Of a stretch of DNA of 64,000 nucleotides, positions 10,355-20,275 are shown in pieces. The stretch covers positions 128,001 through 192,000 of the forward strand of contig CAVPVX010000004.1 in assembly GCA_963709345.1 (NCBI GenBank), read 5' to 3'. This DNA comes from an uncultured Actinomycetes bacterium. GTDB taxonomy: Bacteria > Actinomycetota > Thermoleophilia > UBA2241. The translations under genes were made by a program, and so were the position numbers. Under the pieces are notes generated by a model. It was not told the origin of the DNA. It worked only from the letters and a program-made list of their open reading frames with translations, and made no database searches. Position 1 is the stretch's first letter, and every line of letters begins with the position of its first letter.

Positions 10355-11815
10355 TCAGAGTACGTTCGAGAAGAGCCGCGCCGACTGGTTGCGGAACCGC
10401 TTGAGGCGGCCCACCGTGAGCACATCGTCGAGCGTCACCTCGCGGCAGCGCGTCACGTCGTCGGTGAACGCATCCGCCACTTGGAGCGCGAAGTCCTTGT
10501 CGAAGACCCAGCACATGAGCTCCTTGTGCAGCTTGAGACTGCGCTGGTCCATGTTCATGGTGCCCACGGCGCTCACCACGTGGTCGACGACGATGGTCTT
10601 GGCGTGGAAGAAGCCGGCCTCGTAGAGGAACACCCGCCCCCCGGCCTCGATCAGCTTCCTGTAGTAGGTCTGCGCCGCCCACAGGGCGATGGGCTTGTCG
10701 GGTATGCCGGTCATCATGAAGCGTACGTCGACGCCGCTGAGCGCCGCGTTGATCATGACGTCGTAGATGCTGTAGTCGGGGACGAAGTACGGCGACTGGA
10801 TCCACACCGACTCTTCGGCCTGGCCGATCGCGACCATGTGCGCGCGCCGCGCCGCGCTCCAGGGGTCCTCGACCCCCTGCGCGGCGAACCCGACCAGCGT
10901 CCCCGTCTCGACCGCTGTGGGGTCGGGCGCCGGCATGTACTGCTTGGCGAACAGGTTCTCGTGGTCCTTCTTGTGCTCGAACCAGCGCGAGGCGTACAAC
11001 TTCTCCAGGCCCGCTACGGCCTGGCCGGTCATGCGCATGTGGGTGTCGCGCCAGGTGGCGAAGCGCTCGCCGCCGTCGATGTACTCCTGGCCGACGTTCA
11101 TGCCGCCCGTGTAGCCGATCTCGCCGTCGATGACGACGATCTTGCGGTGGTTGCGGTAGTTGATGCGCAGGAGGTCGGTGACGTCGGCGCGAACGTCGGC
11201 GCCGGCCTTCGCGAGCTGCTTGAGCTCGCGCTTCTTGAAGCTGATGCAGCCTATCCAGTCGTACATGATGCGTACCTCGACGCCGGCGGCGAGGCGGTCG
11301 AGCAGGATCGGGACGATCTCCGCGGAGAGACGATCCTGCTCCCAGATGAAGTACTGCAGGTGGATGAAGCGCTGCGCGCCGGCGAGATCCTCCTTGAGCC
11401 GCCGGAACTTGCTGGCGCCGTTGTTGAAGAGCTCGAGCGAGGACGCCGGCAGTACTCTGGAGACGTTCTCGGCGGAGATGGCACGCATGATGGGCTCGGC
11501 GATGGCGTCGCCCCACTCCTCGTAGAACCGTGCTGTGGCGCCGGCGTTGCGCTTGTAGATCGGCGCCATCTCCTCCTCCTCGACCCGCGCCAGCGTCTGG
11601 ATCCAGCCCTTGCGCCGCGCCACGACCTTCCAGTCGCGGCCGAAGAAGATGTAGAAGAACACGCCGATGAACGGCACGAAGACGAGGATGAACAGCCAGG
11701 CGATCGTGATCGCGGGCTCGCGGTCGTCCATGATCAGCAGGACGATCGTGACGGCCCAGTAGATCATGAAGACGAGCTCAAGCCAGCCGGGCAGGAGATT
11801 CATGAAGTCGAACAT
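10355..11815 (-). CDS. cls: Cardiolipin synthase
   Basis: Two N-terminal TM helices (PLDc_N) and two HKD motifs (NHRKIVVIDG, FHAKTIVVD). Confidence 0.93.
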   Translation of the reverse strand: MFDFMNLLPGWLELVFMIYWAVTIVLLIMDDREPAITIAWLFILVFVPFIGVFFYIFFGRDWKVVARRKGWIQTLARVEEEEMAPIYKRNAGATARFYEEWGDAIAEPIMRAISAENVSRVLPASSLELFNNGASKFRRLKEDLAGAQRFIHLQYFIWEQDRLSAEIVPILLDRLAAGVEVRIMYDWIGCISFKKRELKQLAKAGADVRADVTDLLRINYRNHRKIVVIDGEIGYTGGMNVGQEYIDGGERFATWRDTHMRMTGQAVAGLEKLYASRWFEHKKDHENLFAKQYMPAPDPTAVETGTLVGFAAQGVEDPWSAARRAHMVAIGQAEESVWIQSPYFVPDYSIYDVMINAALSGVDVRFMMTGIPDKPIALWAAQTYYRKLIEAGGRVFLYEAGFFHAKTIVVDHVVSAVGTMNMDQRSLKLHKELMCWVFDKDFALQVADAFTDDVTRCREVTLDDVLTVGRLKRFRNQSARLFSNVL

Positions 11816-11889
11816 GAGCGCACGCTATCCGATGCCGGGGGATCTGTCACATGGCGAGGCCGGCCCGGCGTTCGTGGGGGCGTGCGGCA

Positions 11890-12744
11890 TCATGGGCGCC
11901 CGCGCGAGCCCTTCTGCCGGAACGCGCCGGCGAGCGCCCCGCGATCGAACATGCCGGTCTCGCCGTCCACGGCGTACTCGTAGACGGCGGCGGAGTAGAT
12001 ACCGTGAAGGGTGGCGCCCAGCAGACTGAGGACCAGGATGGCGATGACGGCCGCGGCGATGACGACGATGCCCAGCGCCATGACCCCGGCGCTCATCGCC
12101 AGTACGCCGAGTCCGATGCCGACGACCGCCACCGCGAGACCGACAAGACCGAACACGAGACCGATGCCGGCGCTGCCGATGATCTGTTCGCCCCATGTCT
12201 TCTTGAGCAGCGACGCGCTGCGCTTGATGGCGGCGATCGGGCCTACACCTTCGACGACGAGCACCGGGATCACGAGGAAGGTGATGACGTTCCAGGCCAT
12301 GCCTCCCAGCGCCGCGACGATGGCCCCGGCGACGCCGGCCCGTTCGCGCAGGAGTTGCAGCACGAGTCCCACGGTCGCGGAGATCGCCGCGTAGCCGAGG
12401 ATCGCCCCGATGTGGCTCCACGCGCCGCGCAGGCCGTCACCGAGGGTCGGGTCGCCGCCCTGGAGCCTGACGATGGCGGCGCTCACGAGCGCCGCGTTGA
12501 AGAAGACGATGATCAGGTACTGGACGAGGTAGAACACGACGATGAGCGCCCACAGACCCACGCCGGCGCCGTTCTCGGTGACATCCGACCAGAAGCCGGT
12601 GAAGAAGCCGGGGATCACGAACGAGGCTGTGGCGACCAGCACGCCGATGGTCGAGATGATCGGGAAGACGACCAGCTCCTTGTCTTGCCGGAGAACGCCC
12701 CAGCAGAGCTTGACGAGCCCCCAGCTTCTTGCGAACCGACCCAT
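11890..12744 (-). CDS. Membrane protein (DUF6159-like)
   Basis: SW.L.K.CWGVLRQDKEL, AIKRSASLLKKTWGE; multiple TM segments. Confidence 0.75.
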   Translation of the reverse strand: MGRFARSWGLVKLCWGVLRQDKELVVFPIISTIGVLVATASFVIPGFFTGFWSDVTENGAGVGLWALIVVFYLVQYLIIVFFNAALVSAAIVRLQGGDPTLGDGLRGAWSHIGAILGYAAISATVGLVLQLLRERAGVAGAIVAALGGMAWNVITFLVIPVLVVEGVGPIAAIKRSASLLKKTWGEQIIGSAGIGLVFGLVGLAVAVVGIGLGVLAMSAGVMALGIVVIAAAVIAILVLSLLGATLHGIYSAAVYEYAVDGETGMFDRGALAGAFRQKGSRGRP

Positions 12745-12945
12745 GCGCGCTCCTCTGTTGTGGAGATGTCCCGTGCTTGGACTGCTTCCTCCCCGCACGT
12801 ATCGGTCCTTCGCGGCGGCGACTGAAGCTGCACCGGGCGACGGAGTGTTGTGCGGAAGCCGCCGAGAGGGTACAAGTGCGGCGACGACAAGCGGATGGCC
12901 GGGTCACCTGCGGCGGCCGGCCCCGCCGGACGGAGGGGGAAGACC

Positions 12946-13446
12946 ATGGAGCGAGATCCCGTGCATCTGTACGTGGGGATCTACGAGACCGTCGCCGGTG
13001 CGGAGCGCGACTTCGACGGTCTCAAGAAGCTGTACGCGGAAGGACTGGCGGGCACCTACGACGCCGCCGTCGTGACCAGGGACGCCGAGGGGACGCCGCG
13101 GATCGACAAGAAGCAGCACTCCGGGCACCCCGTGTGGTTCGGCGCCGGCGTCGGGGCCGTCGTCGGCGTGGTCTTCCCACTGGCCCTGGTCCCGCTCGCG
13201 CTCCTCGGGGCGGGTACCGGGGCGCTCGTGCAGCACGCCCGTGACGGGCTGCCGAAGAAGGACGCCGAGGAGCTCGCCGAGGCGCTGGCCAGCGGCGAGG
13301 CGGCTCTCGCGGTCGTCAGCGACGTGACCATGGAGGAGCGCGTCGAGCAGGTCTTCCCCGGCGCCACGCGGCGGGTCATGAAGGTGCTCGACGTCGACAA
13401 GGACGACTTTGCGGCGGCTCTGCGTCAAGCCAGGGAAGAGGGCTGA
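12946..13446 (+). CDS. DUF1269-like membrane protein
   Basis: YDAAVV.RD.EG followed by Gly-rich GAGVGAVVGVVFP hairpin; GGAGG RBS. Confidence 0.7.
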   Translation: MERDPVHLYVGIYETVAGAERDFDGLKKLYAEGLAGTYDAAVVTRDAEGTPRIDKKQHSGHPVWFGAGVGAVVGVVFPLALVPLALLGAGTGALVQHARDGLPKKDAEELAEALASGEAALAVVSDVTMEERVEQVFPGATRRVMKVLDVDKDDFAAALRQAREEG

Positions 13447-13526
13447 GCCGGCTCTGCGAGAACGGAGCGCATCCGGCCGTTGCGGGTAGGGTGTGCCGGA
13501 AGGTCCAAACGACAGGAGGTCATTCC

Positions 13527-14912
13527 TTGGCGCTTCAGCACCCGAAAGGCCCGCAGCCGGGGCACGCGCGGGGCGCCGGCGACGGCGTCTTCACGAACGA
13601 GGTGGGGCGCGTCCCCCGCTTCGAGCTGCCGGCTCACGAGACCCGGCCCGATGTCGCCTACCAGATCGTCCACGACGAGCTGATGCTCGACGGCAACGCG
13701 CGCCTCAACCTCGCGACCTTCGTCACGACGTACATGGACCCCTTCGCCGACAAGCTCATGTCGGAGACCTTCGACAAGAACATGATCGACAAGGACGAGT
13801 ACCCGCAGACGGCGGCCATCGAGATGCGCTGTGTGAACATGCTGAGCCGGCTCTACCACGCCGAGGAGCCGCACAGGGCCACCGGCTGTTCGACGACAGG
13901 GTCGAGCGAGGCGGCGATGCTCGGTGGGCTCGCCCTCAAGCGCCGCTGGCAGAAGCGGCGCAAGGCCGAGGGCAAGCCGTTCGACGCGCCCAACCTTGTC
14001 ACCGGCATCAACGTCCAGGTGTGCTGGGACAAGTTCGCCAACTACTGGGACGTGGAGATGCGCCTGGTGCCCATGGAGGGAGACCGCTATCACCTCTCGC
14101 CGGAAGAGGCGGTCAAGCTCTGCGACGAGAACACCATCGGCGTGGTCGTCGTCATGGGCTCCACCTTCGACGGCAGCTACGAGGACGTCAAGAAGATGTC
14201 GGAGCTGCTCGACGACCTGCAGGAGCGCACCGGACTCGACATACCCATCCACGTCGACGCCGCATCCGGCGGGTTCATCGCGCCCTTCCTCGATCCCGAC
14301 CTGGAGTGGGACTTCCGCGTGCCGCGCGTGCAGTCGATCAACGTCTCCGGCCACAAGTACGGCCTCGTGTATCCGGGCGTCGGCTGGGCGATCTGGCGCA
14401 ACGCCGACGCCCTTCCCGACGATCTCATCTTCTGGGTCAACTACCTCGGCGACGACATGCCGACCTTCGCGCTCAACTTCTCGCGGCCGGGCTCCCAGGT
14501 GGTGGCGCAGTACTACACCTTCCTGCGTCTCGGGACCGCCGGCTTCACGGGAGTCCAGGGCTACGCCCGCGAGGTCGCGACGTACCTCTCCAAGGCCATC
14601 GGGCACATGCCGCACTTCGAGCTGCTCACCAAGGGCGATGAGCTCCCGGTGTTCGCCTTCAAGCTGAGGGACGAGGTCAAGAACTTCAGCGTGTTCGACC
14701 TCTCGGCGGCGCTGCGCGAACGCGGCTGGCAGGTGCCGGCCTACACGTTTCCCAAGAACCGGGAGGATCTCGCGGCGCTGCGCATCGTCGTGCGCCGCGG
14801 CCTCACCATGGACGTGGCCGACATGCTGCTCGACGACCTCATGAAGAAGGTCGCGGCGCTCGAGAAGCTGCCGGCGCCCCTGCACACGGACGGCGCCGGC
14901 TTCCACCACTAG
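13527..14912 (+). CDS. gadB: Glutamate decarboxylase (PLP-dependent)
   Basis: LDGNARLNLATFVTT, DKDEYPQT, HVDAASGG, SGHKYG (PLP Lys); TTG start after AGGAGG. Confidence 0.95.
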   Translation: MALQHPKGPQPGHARGAGDGVFTNEVGRVPRFELPAHETRPDVAYQIVHDELMLDGNARLNLATFVTTYMDPFADKLMSETFDKNMIDKDEYPQTAAIEMRCVNMLSRLYHAEEPHRATGCSTTGSSEAAMLGGLALKRRWQKRRKAEGKPFDAPNLVTGINVQVCWDKFANYWDVEMRLVPMEGDRYHLSPEEAVKLCDENTIGVVVVMGSTFDGSYEDVKKMSELLDDLQERTGLDIPIHVDAASGGFIAPFLDPDLEWDFRVPRVQSINVSGHKYGLVYPGVGWAIWRNADALPDDLIFWVNYLGDDMPTFALNFSRPGSQVVAQYYTFLRLGTAGFTGVQGYAREVATYLSKAIGHMPHFELLTKGDELPVFAFKLRDEVKNFSVFDLSAALRERGWQVPAYTFPKNREDLAALRIVVRRGLTMDVADMLLDDLMKKVAALEKLPAPLHTDGAGFHH

Positions 14913-15052
14913 GGCGGGCGCGCGGGGCGGGGCCGGGGCGGCGTGCGCCGCTCCCGGCCCGGTCGGCGGCCATTCGTACCGGCGGCTCGGCGCGTCCGGT
15001 GCGGTATCATCGTGCCTGCCCGCGTCCCTCTCGCGACAGGAGTCCGCCCTTC

Positions 15053-15385
15053 ATGTTCACCATCATGATCTTCATCGTCATCGGCATGGTCGCCGGCTGG
15101 GCGGCAAGCCTGCTCGTGCGTCACGACAAGCATCCGAGCGACTGGGGCTTCCTGTTCCTCATCGGTGTGGGTGGGTCGCTGATCGCGGGTATCGTGACGA
15201 ACCTGATCCTCGGTGACGGGTTCAGCATCCGGCCCGGCGGCGTGATCGGCTCCATCGCCGTCGCGTGCCTGCTTCTCTGGATCTACACCCGCATGCACAA
15301 CGAGGCGCACGCGCGCCGGAAGAGCGCCGCGGACGGTTCGCACCGTGAGCGCAAGGGCGGAGCGCGGCACCACACGAAGCGGTAG
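15053..15385 (+). CDS. GlsB/YeaQ/YmgE transglycosylase-associated membrane protein
   Basis: IG.VAGW.AS...IGVGGSLIAG...GSI..A.LLL pattern. Confidence 0.75.
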   Translation: MFTIMIFIVIGMVAGWAASLLVRHDKHPSDWGFLFLIGVGGSLIAGIVTNLILGDGFSIRPGGVIGSIAVACLLLWIYTRMHNEAHARRKSAADGSHRERKGGARHHTKR

Positions 15386-15397
15386 AAGGAGGCGCCC

Positions 15398-15787
15398 GTG
15401 GGCTTCACGGATGTCATGGAGGGGGTCGCGCGAGGCTTCGAGGTCGCCGGCATCGGCGTGCTCGTGGTCGGGTTCCTGGTGGGCGTCGTGAAGTCCCTGC
15501 TCGCCTACGCGCGAGGCCAGAGCGAGGGCGTCTACGGGATGCTTCGCCGGTACTTCGGCCGCAGCATCCTGCTGGGCCTCGAGGTCCTCATCGCCGCGGA
15601 TCTCATCCGCACGGTGGCCGTCGAGCCCGAGCTGGACAACGTACTCGTCCTCGGGCTCATCATCCTCATCCGGACCTTCCTCAGTTTCTCCCTCGAGGTC
15701 GAGATCGACGGTGTCTGGCCGTGGGCACGGTGGCGAAAGGCGTCGGCACGCGCGGTGACCACGCCGGAGCCGGACGATACGCGGTGA
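15398..15787 (+). CDS. DUF1622 membrane protein
   Basis: GRSILLGLEVLIAADLIRTV...LG.I.LIRTFLSFSLEVEI. Confidence 0.9.
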   Translation: MGFTDVMEGVARGFEVAGIGVLVVGFLVGVVKSLLAYARGQSEGVYGMLRRYFGRSILLGLEVLIAADLIRTVAVEPELDNVLVLGLIILIRTFLSFSLEVEIDGVWPWARWRKASARAVTTPEPDDTR

Positions 15788-15884
15788 CCGGCGCGTCGGC
15801 CCGGCCTTCGCGGGTCGCCGCCGATGGTTCGTCATCGTGAGTTCGGGGGAGACCCCGGACACGCGTCAGTCTCAGGAGGTCCAC

Positions 15885-16427
15885 ATGCTCTCATCCAGAA
15901 TGCGCGTCGTCGCGTCGCTCGCGGCGATCCTCGCGTTCGTCGTCGTGCTGGGGGGCTGCGGCTCCTCGAGCGAGCCGTCTCCCTCGCCCTCGCCGACGAT
16001 AGCCCCGACGGTCGTGCCGTCGGTGTCCACCGACACGCTTCGCGAGGCCGCCGCGAGCGGCGAACTCGACACCTTCGTCAAGGCGGTGACGGCGGCGGGC
16101 CTGGGCTCATCCCTCGACTCCCAGGGTCCGTTCACCGTGTTCGCGCCCAACGAGGATGCCTTCAGGAGCATCTCCCTGACGGACCTCCGGCAGAACCTGC
16201 CGCAGCTGAAGGCCATCATCCAGTATCACGTGCTTACCGATACGGATCTCAAGCTGTCGCAGGTGATCCCCGGGCAGGAGTACACGACGGCGGAGGGGCA
16301 GGCCGTGACGTTCGCTGTCGAGGATGGCACGACCACCGTGAACGGAGCGACGGTCGTGCAAGTGGTCGAGGGCGGCACGTGGACGATCTACGTGATCGAC
16401 CAGGTGCTCACGCCTCCGGTGGAGTAG
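15885..16427 (+). CDS. Fasciclin (FAS1) domain lipoprotein
   Basis: LGGC lipobox, GPFTVFAPNEDAF, IQYHV, IYVIDQVL; AGGAGG RBS. Confidence 0.9.
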   Translation: MLSSRMRVVASLAAILAFVVVLGGCGSSSEPSPSPSPTIAPTVVPSVSTDTLREAAASGELDTFVKAVTAAGLGSSLDSQGPFTVFAPNEDAFRSISLTDLRQNLPQLKAIIQYHVLTDTDLKLSQVIPGQEYTTAEGQAVTFAVEDGTTTVNGATVVQVVEGGTWTIYVIDQVLTPPVE

Positions 16428-16588
16428 CCCCCCCGCCTTCCCGCGCTGCCACCGGGATCGGACCGGAGGCCGGCGCGATCGGCGGGGGCGCACGTAGGCC
16501 TGTGGCCGAGGCTCGGCAAGCCCGGTGCGAATGCGAGCGCCGGTCGCGTCGGCGAGCGCCCGGACCTCGCGCGCGCCATACTGCTGCC

Positions 16589-17968
16589 ATGCAGCGCACG
16601 CTCCTGATCGTCGCCAATCGCGAGCAGTTCCCCGAGCCCGCCTTCCCGGTCGGGACGCTGTACGTGGCCGGAGCGCTCGAGGCCGCCGGCGCCCGGGCCC
16701 GCGTCTTCGACGCGGGCCTCCACCGGCGGCCGCTCACGGCGCTGCGCGCCGAGCTGGCCGCGTTTCGCCCCGACGTCGTCGGTCTCTCGTTGCGCAACGC
16801 CGACAACGCCGCCTGGCCGTGCACGCGCACGTACGCGGCGTGGTACGCGAGGGTGGCGGCCACCGTGCGTGAGGTCGCGCCGGGGGCACGCGTGGTCGCC
16901 GGAGGCCCCGCTTACTCGATCTTCGCTCGCGAGCTGCGGCGCGTGCTCCTCACGCGCGATGGCGTCGTCGGCGACGGCGAGGCTGCGGCCCGGCTGCTCG
17001 CCGAGGGCCGTCTGCCCGGCGGCATCGTCGAGTTGCCGCTCGAGGATCTCACCGGGGTCTCCCTGCCGCGTGACCTCGGCGTCGCCTTCCCCGGCGCTCA
17101 TCGGTATCGCACCGCCGGGGTGCAGACGGCTCGCGGGTGTCCCCACCGCTGCATCTACTGCACCTACCCTTGGCTGGAGGGCGCGCGTCTGCGGCCTCGA
17201 CCCGCGGAGGCGGTGGCCGACGAGTTCGAGCGGCTGCGCCGCGATCTCGGTGTCGCCGAAGTCTTCGTCGTCGACTCGTCGTTCAACGCGACCGAAGACC
17301 ACCTGGTGGCGGTCTGCGACGAGCTGAGCCGGCGGCGAAGCAGACCCGGCTCGCCGCTCGCGGGGGTGAGCTTCTCGTGCTATCTCGAGCCTCGCGTCAG
17401 CGACCCCGCCGTCTTCGGCCTGCTCGCCGCGGCAGGGTGCACCTCAGTCGACTTCGGGATCGACTCCGGTGCGGAGGCCATGCTGCCGGCGCTGGGTAAG
17501 TCCTTCTCGGTCGACGACGTTCGCGCCGCCACCGCGGCGGCACAGCTCGCCGGACTCGACGTCTGTCACTCGCTGCTCTTCGGTGGCCCGGGAGAGACAC
17601 TCGAGACCGTGGACGAGACGGTGCGGGTGACGGACGAGCTCGCGCCGACGGCGGTCGTCGCCATGGTCGGTCTGCGGATCTACCCCGGGACGGCGCTCGC
17701 CGTGCTGGCCCAGGAAGCGGGCCTCATCGGCGAACGCGAACCCTTGCTGGACCCACGCTTCTTCGCCGCCGGCAGGCTTGCCGGTGACCCGCGCGTCGCC
17801 TGGCTGCCCCGTCAGGTGCGCGCTGCGGCTGCCGGCCGCCGCAGCTGGTTCCTCCCCGGCGCCCGCGACTGGAGCACGGCCTGGGGACCTCGTTTGCTGC
17901 GCCGCCTCGGCAAACCCGGGCCGCTCTGGCGCAACTTCCCGCGGCCGCGCTGGTATCGCTACGTCTAG
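16589..17968 (+). CDS. Cobalamin-binding radical SAM protein
   Basis: N-terminal B12-binding domain (PDVVGLSLRNADN, GGPAYS); RGCPHRCIYC CxxxCxxC motif; GGPGET. Confidence 0.9.
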   Translation: MQRTLLIVANREQFPEPAFPVGTLYVAGALEAAGARARVFDAGLHRRPLTALRAELAAFRPDVVGLSLRNADNAAWPCTRTYAAWYARVAATVREVAPGARVVAGGPAYSIFARELRRVLLTRDGVVGDGEAAARLLAEGRLPGGIVELPLEDLTGVSLPRDLGVAFPGAHRYRTAGVQTARGCPHRCIYCTYPWLEGARLRPRPAEAVADEFERLRRDLGVAEVFVVDSSFNATEDHLVAVCDELSRRRSRPGSPLAGVSFSCYLEPRVSDPAVFGLLAAAGCTSVDFGIDSGAEAMLPALGKSFSVDDVRAATAAAQLAGLDVCHSLLFGGPGETLETVDETVRVTDELAPTAVVAMVGLRIYPGTALAVLAQEAGLIGEREPLLDPRFFAAGRLAGDPRVAWLPRQVRAAAAGRRSWFLPGARDWSTAWGPRLLRRLGKPGPLWRNFPRPRWYRYV

Positions 17969-17992
17969 CGCGGCCGGGGGGCCAGGACGTGC

Positions 17993-18769
17993 TCAGCCGC
18001 CGGCGCGTTCGCTCGCCGGCGCCTCACCACAGACCGGGCAGGCCAGCATCCCGAGCGGCCGCTCGAGTCCGGCGGCCGCGAGCAGCGCGTCGTCGCGGAA
18101 CACCTCGGCAGTCGGCCGGTCGGCGAGCACGCGCCCGTCGCCCATGACGATGGTCCGCTCGCACAACTCGGCGGCGAGGTCGAGGTCGTGCGTCGCGACG
18201 ATGCGCGTATGCTCGAATGTCTCGAGGAGCCCTATCAGCCTCCGCCGCGCGCGTGGGTCGAGGCCGCTCGAGGGCTCGTCCATCACCAGGACGCTGGGCT
18301 CCATCGCCAGGACGGTGGCGATGGCGACGGCGCGCTTCTCCCCGCCCGAGAGTCGGTACGGCGGGCGTTCCACGAGGTGGTGCGCGCCCACGCGCCCGAG
18401 AGCCTCCTTGACCCGGGCCGCCACCGCCTCGGGCGGGAGCCCGAGATTGAGCGGCCCGAAGCCGACATCCTCGGCCACGGTGGGCATGAAGAGCTGGTCG
18501 TCGGGATCCTGGAAGACCATGCCCACCGTACGGCGGATGTCGGGCAGCGTGCCCCTGGTCACGGGGATGCCGCCGATGTCGACGGTCCCGTGCTCCGGGG
18601 TGAGGAGGCCATTGAGGTGCAGAAGCAGTGTGGACTTGCCGGCTCCATTGGCGCCGACGACCGCGATCGCCTCACCGTGCCCGACCTCGAACGACACGTC
18701 GTCCAGCGCCCGCGTGCCGTCCGGGTAGGAGAAGCTCAGGGCGCGCACGCTGATCGTGTGGTGGCTCAT
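17993..18769 (-). CDS. ECF transporter ATPase (CbiO/NikO)
   Basis: GANGAGKST, FQDPDDQLF, LSGGEK, DEPSSGLD. Confidence 0.92.
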   Translation of the reverse strand: MSHHTISVRALSFSYPDGTRALDDVSFEVGHGEAIAVVGANGAGKSTLLLHLNGLLTPEHGTVDIGGIPVTRGTLPDIRRTVGMVFQDPDDQLFMPTVAEDVGFGPLNLGLPPEAVAARVKEALGRVGAHHLVERPPYRLSGGEKRAVAIATVLAMEPSVLVMDEPSSGLDPRARRRLIGLLETFEHTRIVATHDLDLAAELCERTIVMGDGRVLADRPTAEVFRDDALLAAAGLERPLGMLACPVCGEAPASERAGG

Positions 18770-19578
18770 CCGGTCAGCTCCGTGACGAGGCGGCCGACGG
18801 CGAGCGGCAGGTTGATGGCGCGGAACAGGATGAAGGCGGCCGACCAGACGAGGACGAAGGCCAGGTCGGCCGTCCGGAAGTGCAGGCGCCGGGCGACCCG
18901 GATCTCTCCGGTGAAGCCGCGGCACTTCATCGCCAGGTAGATCCGCTGCGCCCGCGCGAAGGAGCGCAGCAGCAACTGGCCCAGCATCTGGCCGTACACG
19001 CGCCAGTCCATGCCGCGCCGCCCGAAGCTGCGCAGGCGCCGCGCCTGCCCCATGCGCGAGGCCTCGTCGCCGAGCACGAAGATGTAGCGGAACAGCAGGA
19101 GCAGTTGGGTGACCATCACATCCGGGACTCTGAGCTTCTGCAGGGCCAGGCAGATGCCGGTGAAGCCGGTCGTCGCGGTCAACACCAGCGCGGCGCCGGC
19201 GGTGAGCAGAAAGCGCAGCACGATGGAGGCGTACGAGACCCAGCCGCCGGTGACGCCCCATCCGCCGATCTGCGCGACGACCTCGCGGTCGAAGACGGGG
19301 TTGAAGGCGCCCACGAGGAGCGCGAAGGGCGAGACGACGAGGAGCAGGCGGCCGATGAGGCCCAGCGGCAGGCCGCCCTCGGTCGCCAGCACGACGGGGA
19401 AGACGGCGAACGGCAGGAGGCCGAGCAGGTCGTACTTGCCGTAGGAGACGACGCAGACGACGTAGACCGCCGTCGTGACGACCTTGGCGCGAGGGTCGAC
19501 GCGGTGGACCGGCGTGTCGAGCCGCGCCAGCCGGTCGAGCCGGTCGATCGCGGAGAGGCCGGAGGCGACTGACGACAC
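18766..19578 (-). CDS. ECF transporter T component (CbiQ/NikQ)
   Basis: HRVDPRAK, FRYIFVL.DE..RM..AR..R, AM.CRGF. Confidence 0.9.
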   Translation of the reverse strand: MSSVASGLSAIDRLDRLARLDTPVHRVDPRAKVVTTAVYVVCVVSYGKYDLLGLLPFAVFPVVLATEGGLPLGLIGRLLLVVSPFALLVGAFNPVFDREVVAQIGGWGVTGGWVSYASIVLRFLLTAGAALVLTATTGFTGICLALQKLRVPDVMVTQLLLLFRYIFVLGDEASRMGQARRLRSFGRRGMDWRVYGQMLGQLLLRSFARAQRIYLAMKCRGFTGEIRVARRLHFRTADLAFVLVWSAAFILFRAINLPLAVGRLVTELTG

Positions 19579-19591
19579 GGCCCGGCCGGTC

Positions 19592-20008
19592 TCAGGCGAT
19601 GTCGCCGGTGGTCGTCGCCACGAAGCGCCCGTGCTTGACGCCCTTGGTGCCGATGAGGCTGTCGGCGATGCGCTTGATGTCACGGGCGATGCCGCGGAGC
19701 ACGACCACTTCGAGACAGTGGTCGGCGTCGAGGTGTACGTGCAGGGTGGAGACGATCTCCTCGTGGTGGGCGTGCTGATGGTGGGTGAGCTTGTCGGCGA
19801 GGTCGTGGGAGTGGTGGTCGTACACCAGGGTGACGGTGCCGATGGCCTCGGCATCGCCGATCTCCCACTGGTCTTCCACCAGCGCGCCGCGGATGAGGTC
19901 GCGAAGGGCCTCCGAACGGTTCACGTAGGCCTTCTCGGCGATCAGCTCGTCGTAGCGGTCGAGCAGGCGCTCGTCCATGGAGACGCCGAAGCGCACGAGG
20001 TTGGACAT
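19592..20008 (-). CDS. nikR: Nickel-responsive regulator
   Basis: RFGVSMD ribbon-helix-helix, [16 protein letters not shown]-x-H...HCLE. Confidence 0.95.
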   Translation of the reverse strand: MSNLVRFGVSMDERLLDRYDELIAEKAYVNRSEALRDLIRGALVEDQWEIGDAEAIGTVTLVYDHHSHDLADKLTHHQHAHHEEIVSTLHVHLDADHCLEVVVLRGIARDIKRIADSLIGTKGVKHGRFVATTTGDIA

Positions 20009-20068
20009 GGCGCCTGCCTTTCGTCGGTCGGTTCGTGCCACAGGATTGCCCGCAGATTAGCACGAACA

Positions 20069-20183
20069 GTGGCATCGATCGTATGGATGTGGCACGACCG
20101 GTGCGTTTCTTGACCACCCCCCGAAGCTGGGCTAGTGTGCGGTTTGTAGTAGCACGAGTCTCTGTTCTGTAGCACCGTAGCAC
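20069..20183. promoter_or_regulatory. Putative NikR operators (heptamer-N13-heptamer direct repeats)
   Basis: GTGGCAT-N13-GTGGCAC (20069-20095), GTAGCAC-N13-GTAGCAC (20149-20175) and an extra GTAGCAC (20177-20183) between divergent nikR and nikMN. Confidence 0.65.
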
Positions 20184-20275
20184 GCAAGCGGGGACGCCGC
20201 ACGAGGTACCGGCTCTCGATACCTCCAAAGGCGTCCGTGGCCGGTCGGCCGAACCTCGGGGGAGGAACCCGCGAC

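Noticed and set aside
13527-14912. Acid-resistance gad system
   Set aside because: No GadC antiporter nearby; a lone gad gene is common in actinobacteria.
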